This document shows, piece by piece, positions 1-15,083 of a DNA stretch of 64,000 nucleotides. Every line of letters starts with the position of its first letter. Position 1 is the stretch's first letter. Where the stretch lies: positions 19,902,001 through 19,966,000 of the forward strand of contig OZ024758.1 of the NCBI GenBank assembly GCA_964016885.1, given 5' to 3'. Source of the stretch: Eledone cirrhosa. Lineage: Eukaryota. The notes beneath the pieces are model-generated. The model was not told the DNA's origin and did not search any database. It was given only the letters and a program-made list of their open reading frames with translations. Position numbers and translations under genes: made by a program.

Positions 1-1253
1 TGTAATAATTCACAATAGAGAATAAAAAAAAACGCTTGTATATTTTTTCTTTCTAAGGAATTCCATTTCCATATCAATGTTAAAAATAGGAGTAAATATT
101 CAATTGAATAATTCTTTCATTTTAGAAATAATTAACGGAATTTAAACATGCGAATGTAAAACGTAGCCATAAATGCATCCAACATGGTTGTTAATGAAAT
201 ACAAACTTTCTAAGAAATATATTTTAATTGAATATATACAAAGTATACACAGTATATGAAGCTTATCAGAAGTGTGCGAAATGATGTATGGATGGATGTC
301 TGGTGTAGAAATATATACAAATACGTTCTAAAGTTTAAATGATGATACCCGGACGCAGCTGAACTGCTTCACATACCTAAGGGAGCAATATTTACCTCGC
401 CAAATATAACTCATCGAATCAATTAGAGGAATATTAAATCAAAATGAAAGTTGTGTTTACCTTCTTAGAAAACTACCAGAAACTATACATATTTCAGGGT
501 AAAATTTGATTATTTCGAAAGTGAAAATAAATTTACTGTTCTATAATAAGGTTTGAAGTTGAATTTCGCGAACAATTTGGAGTTTGAAAAAATATGAAAT
601 CTGTTTATCTCTTATTATTTTTTAGAGCGAAAAGAATTATTTGTTTGTTGGTAGGTAGACATACATATCTCTTGGTGCTTTTAATAGATTCGTGAGACAG
701 GGTTATTGTTCCAACAGTATGTCCTATTCTCAAAGTCGGAGACATTGAATAGGGCTTTAGGAACAGTCCTTCATTTCCCGACTAATTATCAAAAACACGA
801 GGCTTATTCTAAAGGAAAACTTTTTACTTTGGTTGTAGTAATTCTTTACATTTAAGAATATGTATTAATTTATGACATATCGCATTAATGTAAATAATTA
901 AGCAAGTTTCTCAATACATCGTGTGGTATCATGTAGGATCCCTCTGTCCAGTTTTATAAAATTGTATCTAACAATAATTTATCCCTATCAACTAACATTT
1001 CAGCTATCTGAACTGAATTGTGACTGTATGTGTTGTATTGAAGCGAATAACTATGTGTATACTCTGGGAATGTATCTTACACTGCCCATTGAGTACGCTG
1101 AGATACAACCGGTCATGGCATTGATAAATATGCTGGGTCCATCAACTCCTTATTATTATATATATTTATATATATATATGTGTGTGTGGGTGTGTATGGG
1201 TGTGTCCATTGTATAAGTATAGGTATGTATATGTATGTATATATATATATATA

Positions 1254-1624
1254 TATATATTGGTAAACGGAATAGAAAATGCTGACAAATTGTTCACAGT
1301 TGAAAAATGGTTTAATTAGGAATAAAAGAGTATTAGTGATTGTATGGGTTAGTATTCAGTTGTGGTTTTAAGTTTCTAAGTTTTTAACATAAAAACGGGT
1401 AGAATTCCCAAAACTAATCAGATCAGAGCAAACAGCACGGACACTCTATCTCAAAATTATTTTTGAAAAGCATTTAGAAATGCGCAACCAGTAAACACTT
1501 AAAAACTTAAAACCACAACTGAATACTAACCCATACAATCACTAATACTCTTTTATTCTTAATTAAACCATTTTTCAACTGTGAACAATTTGTCAGCATT
1601 TTCTATTCCGTTTACCAATATATA
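1254..1624. repeat. Inverted repeat, ~130-bp arms, in (TA)n
   Basis: 1254-1386 is the reverse complement of 1492-1624 with few mismatches. Confidence 0.9.
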
Positions 1625-1653
1625 ATAACTTGTGTGTTACACCTCTATTCTTT

Positions 1654-1699
<46 letters not shown>

Positions 1700-1742
1700 T
1701 GTGTGTGTGCGTCGATGTATATTATATGTATATAAGAAAAGG

Positions 1743-1792
<50 letters not shown>

Positions 1793-1857
1793 GAAGTTCA
1801 ATTTAAATTATTGGGATACAACAAGCAAATATTAGTATAAAATAAATGGATAACCCT

Positions 1858-2037
1858 GCTATCCGGGAGCTTCCAAAAGAAATGGTAGCACTTTTTAAGG
1901 GTATGTCAATATTTATTTATAAAACTGCTCTATATTATATCTTATGTAATGAAAGCACACCATCATTTTAACTTGGTGTCCTTGAAATATGTATAATGAA
2001 ATAAATACTGTTTTATAAATATACTTTCCATTAGTTA

Positions 2038-2041
<4 letters not shown>
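1858..2041 (+). mobile_element. Short PLE-terminus/HHR element, family A (core mutated)
   Basis: Homologous to 2085-2263, 14598-14776, 16520-16685 and 41022-41202; ends TTTCCATTAGTTAATA then (TA)n. Confidence 0.7.
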
Positions 2042-2072
<31 letters not shown>

Positions 2073-2084
2073 TATACAATATAT

Positions 2085-2295
2085 AAACAAATGGAAACTA
2101 TATTTATAAAACCATCTTTGTTTTATTATACATATTTCAAGGGCCACCGAGACAAATTATGGTGCGCCTTCATCAGATAACATAGAATACAGATTAGTTT
2201 TATAAATAAATATTGACATACCCTGAAAAAAGACAACCTTAACGGTTGGAGCTTCCTGGATAGACTATCCAGGAAGCTCCAACCGTTAAGGTTGT
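2085..2295 (-). mobile_element. Short PLE-terminus/HHR element, family A, with 31-bp fold-back at its 5' end
   Basis: Family homology; perfect palindrome 2233-2295 centred on 2264. Confidence 0.7.
2121..2182 (-). ncRNA. Type I hammerhead ribozyme (family A)
   Basis: Minus strand TGTTAT-CTGATGA-aggcgcacc...ggtggccct-tGAAA-TATGTA-TA-ATAAAA. Confidence 0.75.
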
Positions 2296-2393
2296 ATATT
2301 TACTCCACTAAATTGTTGAGTGCTTTATGTCGAGATAAAAATGTTTAAGCTTGTTGAAACACAACAAATTAAATATAACCTCTGCATATATAT

Positions 2394-2596
<203 letters not shown>

Positions 2597-3758
2597 AACG
2601 TGATAAGCTATTAAGTGGGTGACTAAGATGTGCACTGAATATAGACTAAGGGTCATTATCGAACCAATCGAGACTATGTAAGAAGTACCGTATGTACGTT
2701 ATCACATGACCAAACATGTAAGTCCAATTCAAGTGGGAGTTTTGATCTCAGACTGCTAAATGTCAAAAGGAATTACAGCGATGCATTTAACTGTTGCACC
2801 ACTCTTTTCAGAAATCTCACGAAAGTAAATACAGTAATGATTTCAGAACTTCGGCCACCAGTTCAACCAGCACAACCATCCTCCTATTTTTATTTCAGGT
2901 CGTGTATCCGTTAATATAACATAAAAGATGAATAGCTATGTAAGAAATCCTGTTAACGATTGAGCTGTGAAACAAACACTTGTTCCATACAAGTTTCCAT
3001 CTGAATTAACCAACAGAGCGTAAAAATCGTTTAATGTAGCATTACCGATTCATTCACCTTAATCACGTGACGATTGTTTATGTTTGCTATTAATGTTGTA
3101 ACATTTTTTTTGTAGTTGTCTTTTTGTTTTTTTTTCCAACGTTGTTGTTGTTTGTGGAGTTTGTTAGTTTTTGCTGAGCTAGGCGATGTATGTTTTGTGT
3201 GGTGATAATTTAGGTTATGATAACGATGATGCTGATGATGATGAGGAGGAGGAGGAGGAGGAGGTGGATCTGGTACAAGAGCGGGAGAAGGAGGCAGAGG
3301 AGTATAGGAAAAAGTGGGTTAATAATGGTTAAAGTGTGCTTATCATGATGGTGTTTATGATGATGATGGGATGATGTCTGATGTGATATTGTTAGAGGTC
3401 ACGGTGATACGGCGATAACGATAATGATGAACGCAATGAGCATGATGATGATGACGATTATTTTCACCAGTTCTTTCGTTTAACATTTTTTAGGTATATT
3501 TGGACTAATTTCCTTTGAAAAGATTTGTATCGGTAAAATCTCTAACAAATCAATAATGATTGTTCAAAAACTCATATTCTGCATAAACATGGTATATAAT
3601 ATTTAGAATATTAGTAGTTATTATTATTATTATTATTATTTATACGCAGAAATGCATATTTGTATCGTCCTGTATTGTTCTGTGCTGTCCTCAATGTTGT
3701 ACTTTGTGTCAACCCTAGTGGTTAATAAAGAACGCATGTTTATCAGTATTATTATAAA

Positions 3759-3921
3759 GGGATTGTCAGTATCGGTAGAGAGTCGGACACCTTGCTTTGC
3801 AGCATAGAGTCACGGCCCTTTATGATCAAATTTTCAAATCTCGCCGAGGTTAAATTTGACTTTCACCCTTACGGTGTCGATAAAATAAAGTACCATTGAC
3901 GCACTGGGGTCGATTTAATCG
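3759..3921 (+). mobile_element. SINE family 1
   Basis: Homology to 58014-58198. Confidence 0.8.
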
Positions 3922-4699
3922 TTCCTATATAAAACACCATTATTATTAAAAGCAAAACACGAATGCCGTTTCTGCGTTCGATCCGTATAAATAAATACAA
4001 GGATTGCTTTGTAAGCAATTCATGTGTTCGTTTTAGATATTTATAATGAACATATAATTATAGGACAGATATTTATTTTTTAATTTTGAAATTTAAAAAT
4101 CAATACAGAAAGCATATGAATGGACACGAAAGGTCAATGAACTACGGTAGAATCTGTTTTAACAAGTTCCCTTAAAAATGAGCATGCAACTACGTATATA
4201 TAAATAACGAACAATGATAACAAATTATCTCATTCATAAGTGAAATAATCTTAAAACAATAAAATAGTTAGATATACAGAATATCAAAGAAAATATTATA
4301 TAAAGTAAATACAAATATAGGAGAAAAGACAAAAAAAAATCAAACATTATGTAAACATTGAAAATAAAACATTAAAGCTTTTAACGTTTTAAGTGTAAAT
4401 CAAGATGATAGCCCTAGAACAAGCACTGCTTACAATATAATATAAAAATACGACAAAAGATTTCAGCATACTTTAAGAATATTGACCAAGAAAGGAAGAA
4501 GATACTAAAACACAGAATCACACAAAGCAAAGTGTGTATACATCAAATATGAAAAGATCTAAGGGCAACACGTTCTAAAGCTGGACATTTTAAATATATC
4601 AGCAATCAAGAGATGGGAATAGTTAAAAGATTTAAAAAGATATGAGATAAAAGACCTTCCCAAAGATAAAACATAAAGATAACGCCGTACCAACAATCA

Positions 4700-5380
4700 A
4701 ACATAAATGGCGTGTGTCCTAGACTTATTGGAAAAAGGATGTGAACATCAATAGCACAATAATGAAAGAAAACTTTACATAATGAAAAGTGGTTAATTAC
4801 TCAAACGGCCTCAACTAACGCTAAACTAACAAAGTAGTAAAGAGCCTACAGAGAAACTTAAAATATAATGGATAGTTATAAAAGTGTTTTAATGAAATCA
4901 TCAACGTAGAGTCATGAGTAGTAAGAAAGGAAAAGTTCGATGAACGATAAAGAAATATACCAGAACAAAGCAAATCAATTACTCGCAATACAAAAACGGT
5001 AAAAATATTTCTTCGATGACAATTGGTAAGAATGAAATACGTGCAAATCATAAATAGATATACCACAGTTTGCTGCCTTGATAAATACTAGCGAATATGA
5101 AACAGATGCTGAGATAACGCATTTCTTTGAAGCAGATGGGAAAATTAATAGAATGTTTGGAAATAAAATCTTAATCGATGTTCTTACAAAATATCGTGTA
5201 AGGTTGATACCAGTAAATAACCATATATGGACAATAGAAACAATGACGTGGAAAGGTGTATTGAATAAGGAAAGTGTCCTGTGGAAAGCATAAAATCTAA
5301 GTAAACATAATATTAATCTAGATATAGAAACAACTAACTTACTATCACAAACACACAACTCCTTATATACAAATGTCATC
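4700..5380 (+). pseudogene. Possible ancient non-LTR ORF1 remnant
   Basis: A-rich degraded segment; ORF 5078-5293 (EYETDAEITHFFEADGKI...VLTKYRVRL) loosely resembles the RRM-like region of Tx1/L1 ORF1. Confidence 0.2.
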
Positions 5381-5907
5381 GAGAAAAATAGTTTCCTCGG
5401 TGGGAATCTATAATATTGTTTCTAACATTCTTACGTCAAATAAAAAATGCAACGTGAAAATATACATTTACAGGCATCGGCATACGGCACACGAAATTAC
5501 TAGAAGTATTTGTCAGATAAAAAAAAAATGAGGATATTGTTTAATTTTTTTGTTTTTCTTTTCCGTCACCATAGACACAATTAATCGCAGATCTTTCAAC
5601 AGATTTGTTTTACACTTTCAAATACTTACCGTTGAAGCTTTTTTTACTTTCGAAATATAGAAAAATAAGTAAGACAAATATGTTTTCTAGACGAAAACTA
5701 AATTAACAAGATTTAATTATTTTATGACTATTGACGAATTTGTTTATGGTGTTTATCATGTGTCTACAAAAATGTATTCGTTCGTTTAAGAAACTTAAAT
5801 GAGTTACAAGCTTTCATTATCTCATATTAATTGTATCTATCTATCTCAGGTGTTGCTATTCTAATTATGAAACTAATGGTATATGTTTGTATTTTAATAT
5901 GTTTATA

Positions 5908-5950
<43 letters not shown>

Positions 5951-5998
5951 TATTATTATTATTATTATTATTTAGCAAGTGAAAAACACAATTTATAA

Positions 5999-6068
5999 CT
6001 ACCCCGTTACCAAAGATTTCAGGACCCCATACAATATTAATATACGTCTAGATCGTTCATCAGACATA
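5999..6068 (-). ncRNA. Degenerate hammerhead-like motif
   Basis: Minus strand TGT-CTGATGA-...ggggtcct-GAAA-tctttg-GTA-ACG. Confidence 0.4.
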
Positions 6069-6171
6069 ATTTCTTTACAATTACTTAACACACACACATA
6101 CACAAACACACACACACGCACATACACACGCACACATACCCCCACCCATATATATATATATATATCTCAAC

Positions 6172-6344
6172 TCACCTTTTGAAAAGCAGAAGAACTGCGA
6201 AACCGGTAAAGGAACCAAATAAATATATATATTTTTTAAAAAAAATAAGACTCCAGTTGCATTTTCGATTTCATCTCTTTTTCTTTATACTTTCACTCGT
6301 GTAGGACACCTCGGTTATTTTTCATTTTGTAAAAAAAACCTCAC

Positions 6345-6352
<8 letters not shown>
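6172..6352 (+). mobile_element. Short TA-embedded element with HHR-like motif; same family as the 42456-42737 palindrome
   Basis: Near-identical to 42567-42737; CCTT-TTGAAAA-GCAG-aagaa-CTGC-GAAA-CCGG-TA-AAGG (core variant). Confidence 0.6.
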
Positions 6353-6395
<43 letters not shown>

Positions 6396-7657
6396 GTTGT
6401 CAAGTATTAAATTTGTGGACATTTGTGTTTTTTCTATGAATTTCTACGAATTCTATACTTGACACAATATAAATATATATATATATATGTAATGTATGTG
6501 TGTTTTGCTGTGTATATATAGTTAATAACTTAACAATATTTCAGCGATGTATAACTATGTATATGAATTACACCTACCTAGACTTTACGTCAGAAAATTA
6601 TTTTATCACACTTCGGTCTCTATAGACATGGCTAAAATATTAGGATCATCTGCCAAAAATTTGAAGTTTCACAATTATTACACAACTTTCCAACACCAGT
6701 TTTGTTCTTTGTTAATTACTCGCAATAGGTTCAATCTATTACATTCTGCTGATTATTAAATTATATGAAACTAATTATATATTGCTAGTTTTATCGTTGA
6801 ACGTCTGTTTTAAAGGATGTTTTCTAGTAAACTACTTATAATTCGAAATGAGCTGAAGAAAGTTGTCCTCAAGTTCTAGTGTTAAAATCTACCAGATTGT
6901 AACAATATTGGATACAACTTTATTCCCACAGGGATGAAATGTTTTAATTACGTTGGATGAAATAATTTACAAAGGAGTCTAGTCAGGAGTTTATATCCAG
7001 CATGACTGTTCCTTTACGAGCGTCAATCAAGTCTGAATATGTAAATAGAAATATACATATACGTGTATATATGAATGTATATATATATATATATATATAT
7101 AAACTTATATTTATACTCGGAGTTTTCCTACAGTGCTACTTAATATTTGAGACTAATCCTATTTTTTTTTCTTTTTTAAACTGCAATAATATTGCTTATG
7201 CTGAACTCCATATTTTTGTTGATTTTTTTTCGGAATATTTTGACTGTTGTTTCTTGTAAACAGCCTTTCGTCTCATCCGGCCATCACTAGCGTGTGTCCA
7301 CGTGTGTTTTGTTATTTCAATTCTACACGCTGTCGCTTGCCTGCTTTTAATTCCCCTCGGTGTTTTAACAGTGAGTTATAGTTAATGTATTAAGCACTGC
7401 TGAAGATCGAAGCGGTCACTAACTCCACTGAAAGGTTTCGTGGAATAGTCTTTTAACACCATATAGTGCATTTGTAGTTTTCCCCAAATTGACGGTTAAG
7501 TATTTCTTGATTTAATTTTGAGTTAAGATTGTACTGCTGTTTCCCCAACTTACACAAAGTCTGAGGATAAAGTTGTTCTTGATTTGTTTTAAATTAAGAT
7601 TGTATTACTTTTCCCTCATCTTACATTAGACATTTTTTCATTTTGATGGTATAGTCA

Positions 7658-7704
<47 letters not shown>

Positions 7705-7745
7705 ATGTATGTATCTATGTATGTGTATGTTTGCCTCGTCTTTTC

Positions 7746-7800
<55 letters not shown>

Positions 7801-8030
7801 ATATATATACATGTATGTATGTATGCAGAACAATAGGTGTCAACATAAATCTGAAAGTCTATCCTGTAAATATTTAGCTTTGCAATTATTACATTAATGC
7901 TGCAAATAGGCATCACAATCATTCTCTTTCTAAACATATAATGGTATTATTAATAGCGATAACATTGATATTGAATGTATATGCACACACACACATACAC
8001 ATACCCCCCCCCCCCCCGCACACACACACA

Positions 8031-8122
<92 letters not shown>

Positions 8123-8663
8123 TATATATATATGACACGTATTGTCACCATATATCTTCAATGACATCACACCTGATATCTACTACGACTAGAATTCAAT
8201 AAAACAGTTCACAGTAACTTAATGAGGAGAATAACCTTATATCTTTTAACTGGTTGACTAAATAATTATAACAGGTAGAAGTTACTCCTGTAAATTGTAG
8301 CCATACGTTTTAGAGTTCCTCTTGTAATGCCCAATGTAGATTAAGTACCGTTATCGAGAATTTAGAAAGAAACATAACAAATTATATTATGATACGCAAT
8401 CCGATTATACAGTTAAACAATTCCCTATTCGCTTGCATAAACTCAGCAATGTACTATAGGATATTAAGTATACAATATATAGTTACAAAATATAGAAATT
8501 TCTAACAGAGTTTAGTCAACGTGAAATGTAAATTATGTTATATCATTTATATTTTACGCAGCGGAGAAATTACATCACAGATGATGTTAGCAAAGTACAT
8601 AACGTATGATGTTTAAATGCTACATGAACTTTGAATAAAAATGGCTGCCCATATCTGAATTCT

Positions 8664-9190
8664 TAATAATAATAATAATAATAATAATGAAATTATTGTG
8701 TACCGTTCTCAGGTGCACTACAACTCATCAAAGCTGCATGTATAGTAGATAGAATAATGTACACATGTCAGGAAAATGAACAGTGTACGAGTCATGAAAT
8801 ACATGTGTGCGTGTGTATTGAGGGAGGACATCAGGTGTAGTGTTGGCGAATCTCAGGAACAATGGAGGTTTTAAAGGATGCAGTGTCTCGAAAGCTAACA
8901 ACTGATGCAGGTACTTTCTGCTATGTTTCAGCAACTCCAAGCTTGAAAAAATGTTTCCGAAAATCATTGGATGTGTGCTGTGCAACGACTTTGTAGGCAT
9001 GCCCACGTGTATTAGACACATGGAAATCAAAAAGGTGCTCAGGTTTGTTGTGGCAAGATGGTTAATCATGTTTTGGGTGTTTACTATGTCAGTTGCCAGA
9101 CGTCGGGGCATCAATGTATCCATAACCAGGGAAGCAAGGCGTTCAGAGCATGGTAGTTGCCTGAGGGAGGGTACAAATAGCTGCTTTACA
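8664..9190 (-). mobile_element. CR1-type LINE 3' end remnant
   Basis: VPSLRQLPCSERLASL..TL..RRLATDI and, after a frameshift, TRGHAYK, typical of the C-terminus of CR1-like ORF2; (ATT)n tail at 8664-8687. Confidence 0.7.
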
Positions 9191-9918
9191 AAGTATATTG
9201 ATATCAAATATAGATAAAAGTTCAAATTAAGGGAATCGGTATATTAATATACTGCGGCCCAAAATGCCTTAATTTGGTTATATATATTATATGAAACTGG
9301 AATTGCACCTATACAGATATCTAAAGTGTGCTAAGAGCTGTCGTGATTATATTTGAGTCCACGTGACGTAAAATCAAGGAATATAATATGGCAGGGAGTT
9401 CGTGTAGATATGGTAATTATGTGTATAAATGCCGGAAATCTAATCAATATATACATGTTATCATCCTTATTCAACCGAGGGGAACAAGATTTATTTTTTA
9501 TTAATCTGACAAATGCAAAATATATTCGCTGTCCTCATGTTCCTTATCATGCAAGATTGACTGTTCCTTTGTACCCCTTGTTAAAAAAAGTAGAGATTCA
9601 CTGACATTGTTTGAGCTATCTGCTTGTTTGATGCTTTTAGATTGCGGGGCTATTCCTAGTTATACGAAGCCTTTCATATACGATACTCGCTTATGTACAC
9701 ATAACCACAAATACTTACATATAATACACACGCAGACCCTCACATACACACACACTCACTCAGACACAAACACACACAGACACACACACAGACACACACA
9801 CAAACACACACAAACACACATAAACACATATATAGATATATAAAGTTCCAGTGTCAATCTGGGGTAACACAGCAAGTAAAGTACTCAATGCATTAGTAGA
9901 ATATATAGAGGTTTGGAC

Positions 9919-10036
9919 ATAGAATTGATTTCTACGGGACTAGAACTGTTTCATTCAAAGGAAATCATCAGGAAATTGCTTTCCTGATGTTTTCCTTCGG
10001 ATGAAATATTTCTACACCTGTAGAAGTAATGTCTAT
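9919..10036. repeat. Old imperfect palindrome with HHR-like core
   Basis: TTTCATTCAAAGGAAATCATCAGGAAA-ttgc-TTTCCTGATGTTTTCCTTCGGATGAAA; minus arm reads CTGATGA...GAAA. Confidence 0.6.
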
Positions 10037-10040
10037 ATTA

Positions 10041-10084
<44 letters not shown>

Positions 10085-11315
10085 TGAAGTGGGTGTTTTC
10101 AATATAAGTGTCGGTTAAACAAAATGTGAACTAAATCAGTATTTAGTACTTCAGAGCAAAATGAAAGGTATATTTTCGCAAGTAAACGGTTGCAGATTCT
10201 TCAAACTTGCTTATTGACATTGCATGTATGTTACTATGTCTGCGCTTATTTGTGGGTGTGTATATATATATATATGCGTGTCTGTTTTGGCTGCTCGGTT
10301 TGCTTCAACGATGTGCATGCAGTTTTGTTGATCTCCTGAACAACCATCTCATAAATTAACATGCAATCCAATGAATATTTTACAGTAATTCTTAAGGTAA
10401 TCTGCGAGCATTCCCTCTCGACTTTCTCAGAAAAATATAATTTGAAAACATTATATGACAAATCTGGATCTATAAATTACATGTATATAATATTTTCAAC
10501 GTATTTAAACGTATTTCGACTCATTTTCTCTCAACAGTTAGCCTCAGTTACCATAGATTCATGTCAACCGAAGCTTTGTAGACGAACATTTTTAAATCGT
10601 GTTAGAAGGGATTCCTACCGCAATTCACAATACCAACCGTATTTACAACCTTGTTACATTAAATCTAGAAAACCCACTCGGATAATCCGTCCTTTTAGTT
10701 CCGTAACTGGAACGCTTAGTATCGGAACTGAGAGAAGTATATTCCAGTTTATTACTTACAATAGACTATTCCATCACCAGATATGAGCTTGTTCTATTAG
10801 TAAGTGAGCGAAAGTGTTGAACATGAAGGAAGTTTAAAGGCGCTCTTCTTAAACATCACCATATCATTTGTTTTACAAGCTGTGCTTAAACTACTATTAC
10901 AAAGCAATAGCTGTAATGACTATTTAGCCTGTTCTAGAGCTTCATATTTTAGTTTGATGCTACTACATTTCTTTACAAGTCTTCCTGTTGTGAAATTTCT
11001 GTTGCAGCTGCTAAATTTACTGTTACTTTAACTGATGTTGCTGTAGTAGCCGTTCTAACTAATTGCAACTACCGGTCTCCTATAGCGTGATGTTGAATTA
11101 GTTTCGGATTGTTACAACCACAACTACACACACACACAGCTTGATTTATCTCCCTTTTGATATTTATGTAGAGCTCCCAATTCAACTACTACTACTGCTA
11201 CTACTACTACTAAATTGTTTATTTTTATTATTATTATTATCATTATTATTATTATTATTATTAATTACCAGTAGTGTACTGGGTATTTGCTGGTCTTGTG
11301 CCAAAAGTAGAAACA

Positions 11316-11356
<41 letters not shown>

Positions 11357-11421
11357 CACTATTAGTACATCAACTACTACTCCTAATTTCACATTCTTAG
11401 ATCAGGCATGTCACATGATTG

Positions 11422-11545
11422 CTTTACGATCTGAGTTCAAATCCCGCCGAGGTTGACTTTGCCTTTCATCCTTACGAGGTCGATAAAATAAAGTACCAGT
11501 AATGCACTGGGTATGGCTGGCCTTGTGCCTAAAGTAGAAACAATT
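11422..11545 (+). mobile_element. SINE family 1, 5'-truncated
   Basis: Homology to 58014-58198; a tail-only copy lies at 11267-11316. Confidence 0.8.
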
Positions 11546-12164
11546 ATTATTATTATTAGTAGTATTATTATCACTATTAGTACATCTACTACTACTCCTA
11601 ATTTCACATTCTTAGATCAGGCATGTCACGTGATTGCGTTTGATCATGCACCACATGTTGGTATGTTTATTGTTATGTTTGGAAGCCCTGCCTCAAGTAA
11701 AGAACTTCATGGTGTGTACCGGAGAAATTGTATGAGGGCATCACATCAAGAACCGGAATGTGTGGTTTTGGTACATTTTATCGTGTTAGCTGGGTGCACC
11801 TATTTTGGAACTGGAACTGCCACTTTAGAGTGTTAGCCGAGTGCATTTACTTATAGAACAAGCACTAACATTGTTCGATAGTTGAGATTTCATTGTACAC
11901 TCAGCCGACCCCGTGAGGAAATGATAGCAGTGCAGTAGAATCTAAGACCGTGTGGCTTAAGGCTTTTTTCGATGGAAATGTGGTCTTTAAAAAGATATCT
12001 GATGTTACATTGTGAAGTGGACCCGCTTGTCAATAGATGCATGATTGTTAGTTTCAGGTGCTGGAATCCTAATTGAGGGGGATAATAGAGGTACAAGATC
12101 ACCGGTTGGAGTTCTTATATATGAGTTCAGAATGTAATCCTCCCTCATTATAATCAGATTTTCG

Positions 12165-12352
12165 GAAGATTGACAGTATCGGTAGAGTCTCTGACGCCAT
12201 GCTTTGAACCAAAGAGTTACGGGCCTTTATGTTCTGAGCTCAAATCCTGCCGAGGTTAACTTTACCCTTCATCATTGCGGGGGCGATAAAATAAAGCACC
12301 AGCAATACTCTGGAATAATTGGTGCCTTTGTGCCAAATGTCGAAAGAATTAT
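12165..12352 (+). mobile_element. SINE family 1, diverged
   Basis: Homology to 58014-58198. Confidence 0.75.
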
Positions 12353-12946
12353 AATCAGATTTTCGAACTTAGACCCTGACAATAATTTTAGACTTGCGGA
12401 ACTCTAGATGGAGTTGTTGTATGAACAGCTGCAGAACAAACTGAGATTGCGTTTTCGCCTGTCTTCAGTGAGAAAACACACCCAAAATTGATAGTGCGTT
12501 GAAGGGCGTTTCCAACACCTGTCATCCCTTGCACTGCTCTTGTTTAATGGCAATAATATGCCTACACAATGTTACTTGCTTTCATTCATCTAATTGTTGG
12601 ATGATATATAGTAAAAAGAAAAACAAATAATTGCTTAACCAACGATTCTAAATTTATTACCATACAGAAGAAAGAAAAAAAAAGTTAGAGCTTGATTGCT
12701 AGAAGCGTTAATACCCGGGATGATTGACGTTGTAAACATATTTATTTCTCATAAAGTACCTTCCTGTGCAACATGCGCAGTGTTGTTCATTATTTTCTTT
12801 TTTTCCTGTAAGTATTTGCCTTTACTTTAATTTTTTCTTTTGTATTTGGGGAAAGATGTATTGTGATTTCTCGTAGCAATATTCTTCATATATATAAGAA
12901 TATATATAAGAATATATATAAGAATATATATATATGAATATATATA

Positions 12947-12989
<43 letters not shown>

Positions 12990-13004
12990 CATTATATGTA
13001 GCAG

Positions 13005-13077
<73 letters not shown>

Positions 13078-13200
13078 GGAAAATATTGATGCAATTCAAT
13101 TCAAGCACTCAACGTACTTTTTACACATAGGAGTGACGGAGTAAATATCGAATAAGGAAAAGCGAAGTAGTTTCAGATGTTCAAGTCCTTTAATAATAAT

Positions 13201-13274
13201 GCTGTGATATATATTTCAGTGACGACACTGGCCACACTGTTCTGTGTGCGAGTGTCGTGTCATCATCAGACAGC
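13201..13274 (-). ncRNA. Type I hammerhead ribozyme (family B)
   Basis: Minus strand GCTGT-CTGATGA-long stem II (ACGACACT/AGTGTCGT, CACAC/GTGTG)-GAAA-TATATA-TC-ACAGC. Confidence 0.82.
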
Positions 13275-13760
13275 TTGTTACATAATATGGTTATGTTTCC
13301 GAAGCAATCCAAATTGGATCGACAAGGGAACGGATGAATTGCGTATTCTTGGGTTTTCCGCTCCCTTGTGAGTACCAATTCACCCCCACCGGCCTGCGCA
13401 AGCGCATCTCCGAAGGAAGTTGACCATTCTCCACCGCAGACTTCAACGTAATTTGCTTATTCCAATTTTGCTCATTCCAACTTTGTATTTTGAAAATTCG
13501 GATGCTACAGTATCTTTCTTGATTGCCTATTATAACATAGTGTAGCAATAATAGACTGACATTCTGATGAAACAATAGTTAATACGTGGATTAAATTCTT
13601 TTGTAACTGTTTACCTTCGTCCTATTTCTCCTCTTTGATTACACTCCTCGTTTGGTCGTGTTTCCACTACAGAATCCCTACCAACCTGTCGAGTCACCTT
13701 AACGTATGTTGAGAACTTTCCTCACAACTTGTTCTACCAAGCTTTGAAATACTGTATATG

Positions 13761-13796
<36 letters not shown>

Positions 13797-13798
13797 TA

Positions 13799-13829
<31 letters not shown>

Positions 13830-13836
13830 TTATATA

Positions 13837-14305
<469 letters not shown>

Positions 14306-14353
14306 TTATATATATACATATATATATATATATTTATATATATATATATACAT

Positions 14354-14398
<45 letters not shown>

Positions 14399-14433
14399 CA
14401 TATATATATATATATTTATATATATATATATAC

Positions 14434-14499
<66 letters not shown>

Positions 14500-14543
14500 T
14501 TATATATATACATATATATATATATATTTATATATATATATAC

Positions 14544-14597
<54 letters not shown>

Positions 14598-14598
<1 letters not shown>

Positions 14599-14776
14599 AA
14601 TCAACCTCCCAAATGCAAGGTGATTGAAAGGTATGTCGTATCTATTTATTTATAAGACTGTTTATATTGTATTTTGTCTGAAGAAGGCATAACATATTGT
14701 TAATATGATATCCCTGAAATATATATAACGAAATAAATATGGTTTTATAAATATAGTTTCCATTTATTTAATATCA
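14598..14776 (+). mobile_element. Short PLE-terminus/HHR element, family A, embedded in (TA)n
   Basis: Unique island between two large TA arrays; carries HHR; family homology. Confidence 0.7.
14670..14735 (+). ncRNA. Type I hammerhead ribozyme (family A)
   Basis: TATTTTGT-CTGAAGA-aggcataacatatt...aatatgatatccct-GAAA-TATATA-TA-ACGAAATA; 8-bp stem I. Confidence 0.8.
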
Positions 14777-15036
14777 TATTTATATATATATGTATATGTA
14801 TATATATGTATATGTATATATATTTATGTATATATATGTATATGTATATATATTTATGTATATATATTTATGTATATATATTTATGTATATATATGTATA
14901 TATATATATGTATATGTATATATATTTATGTATATATATGTATATATATATGTATATGTATATATATTTATGTATATATATGTATATATATATATGTATA
15001 TATATGTATATATATATATATTTATATATATATATG

Positions 15037-15083
<47 letters not shown>

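Noticed and set aside
11640-12110. GC-richer block possibly from an L1/Tx1 ORF2 C-terminus
   Set aside because: Only vague motif resemblance; cannot be supported without a profile search
12450-12475. CTGAAGA-caggc-GAAA on minus strand (similar hits at 7399, 13564, 15625)
   Set aside because: Stem II and/or stem I cannot form convincingly; chance or too decayed to call
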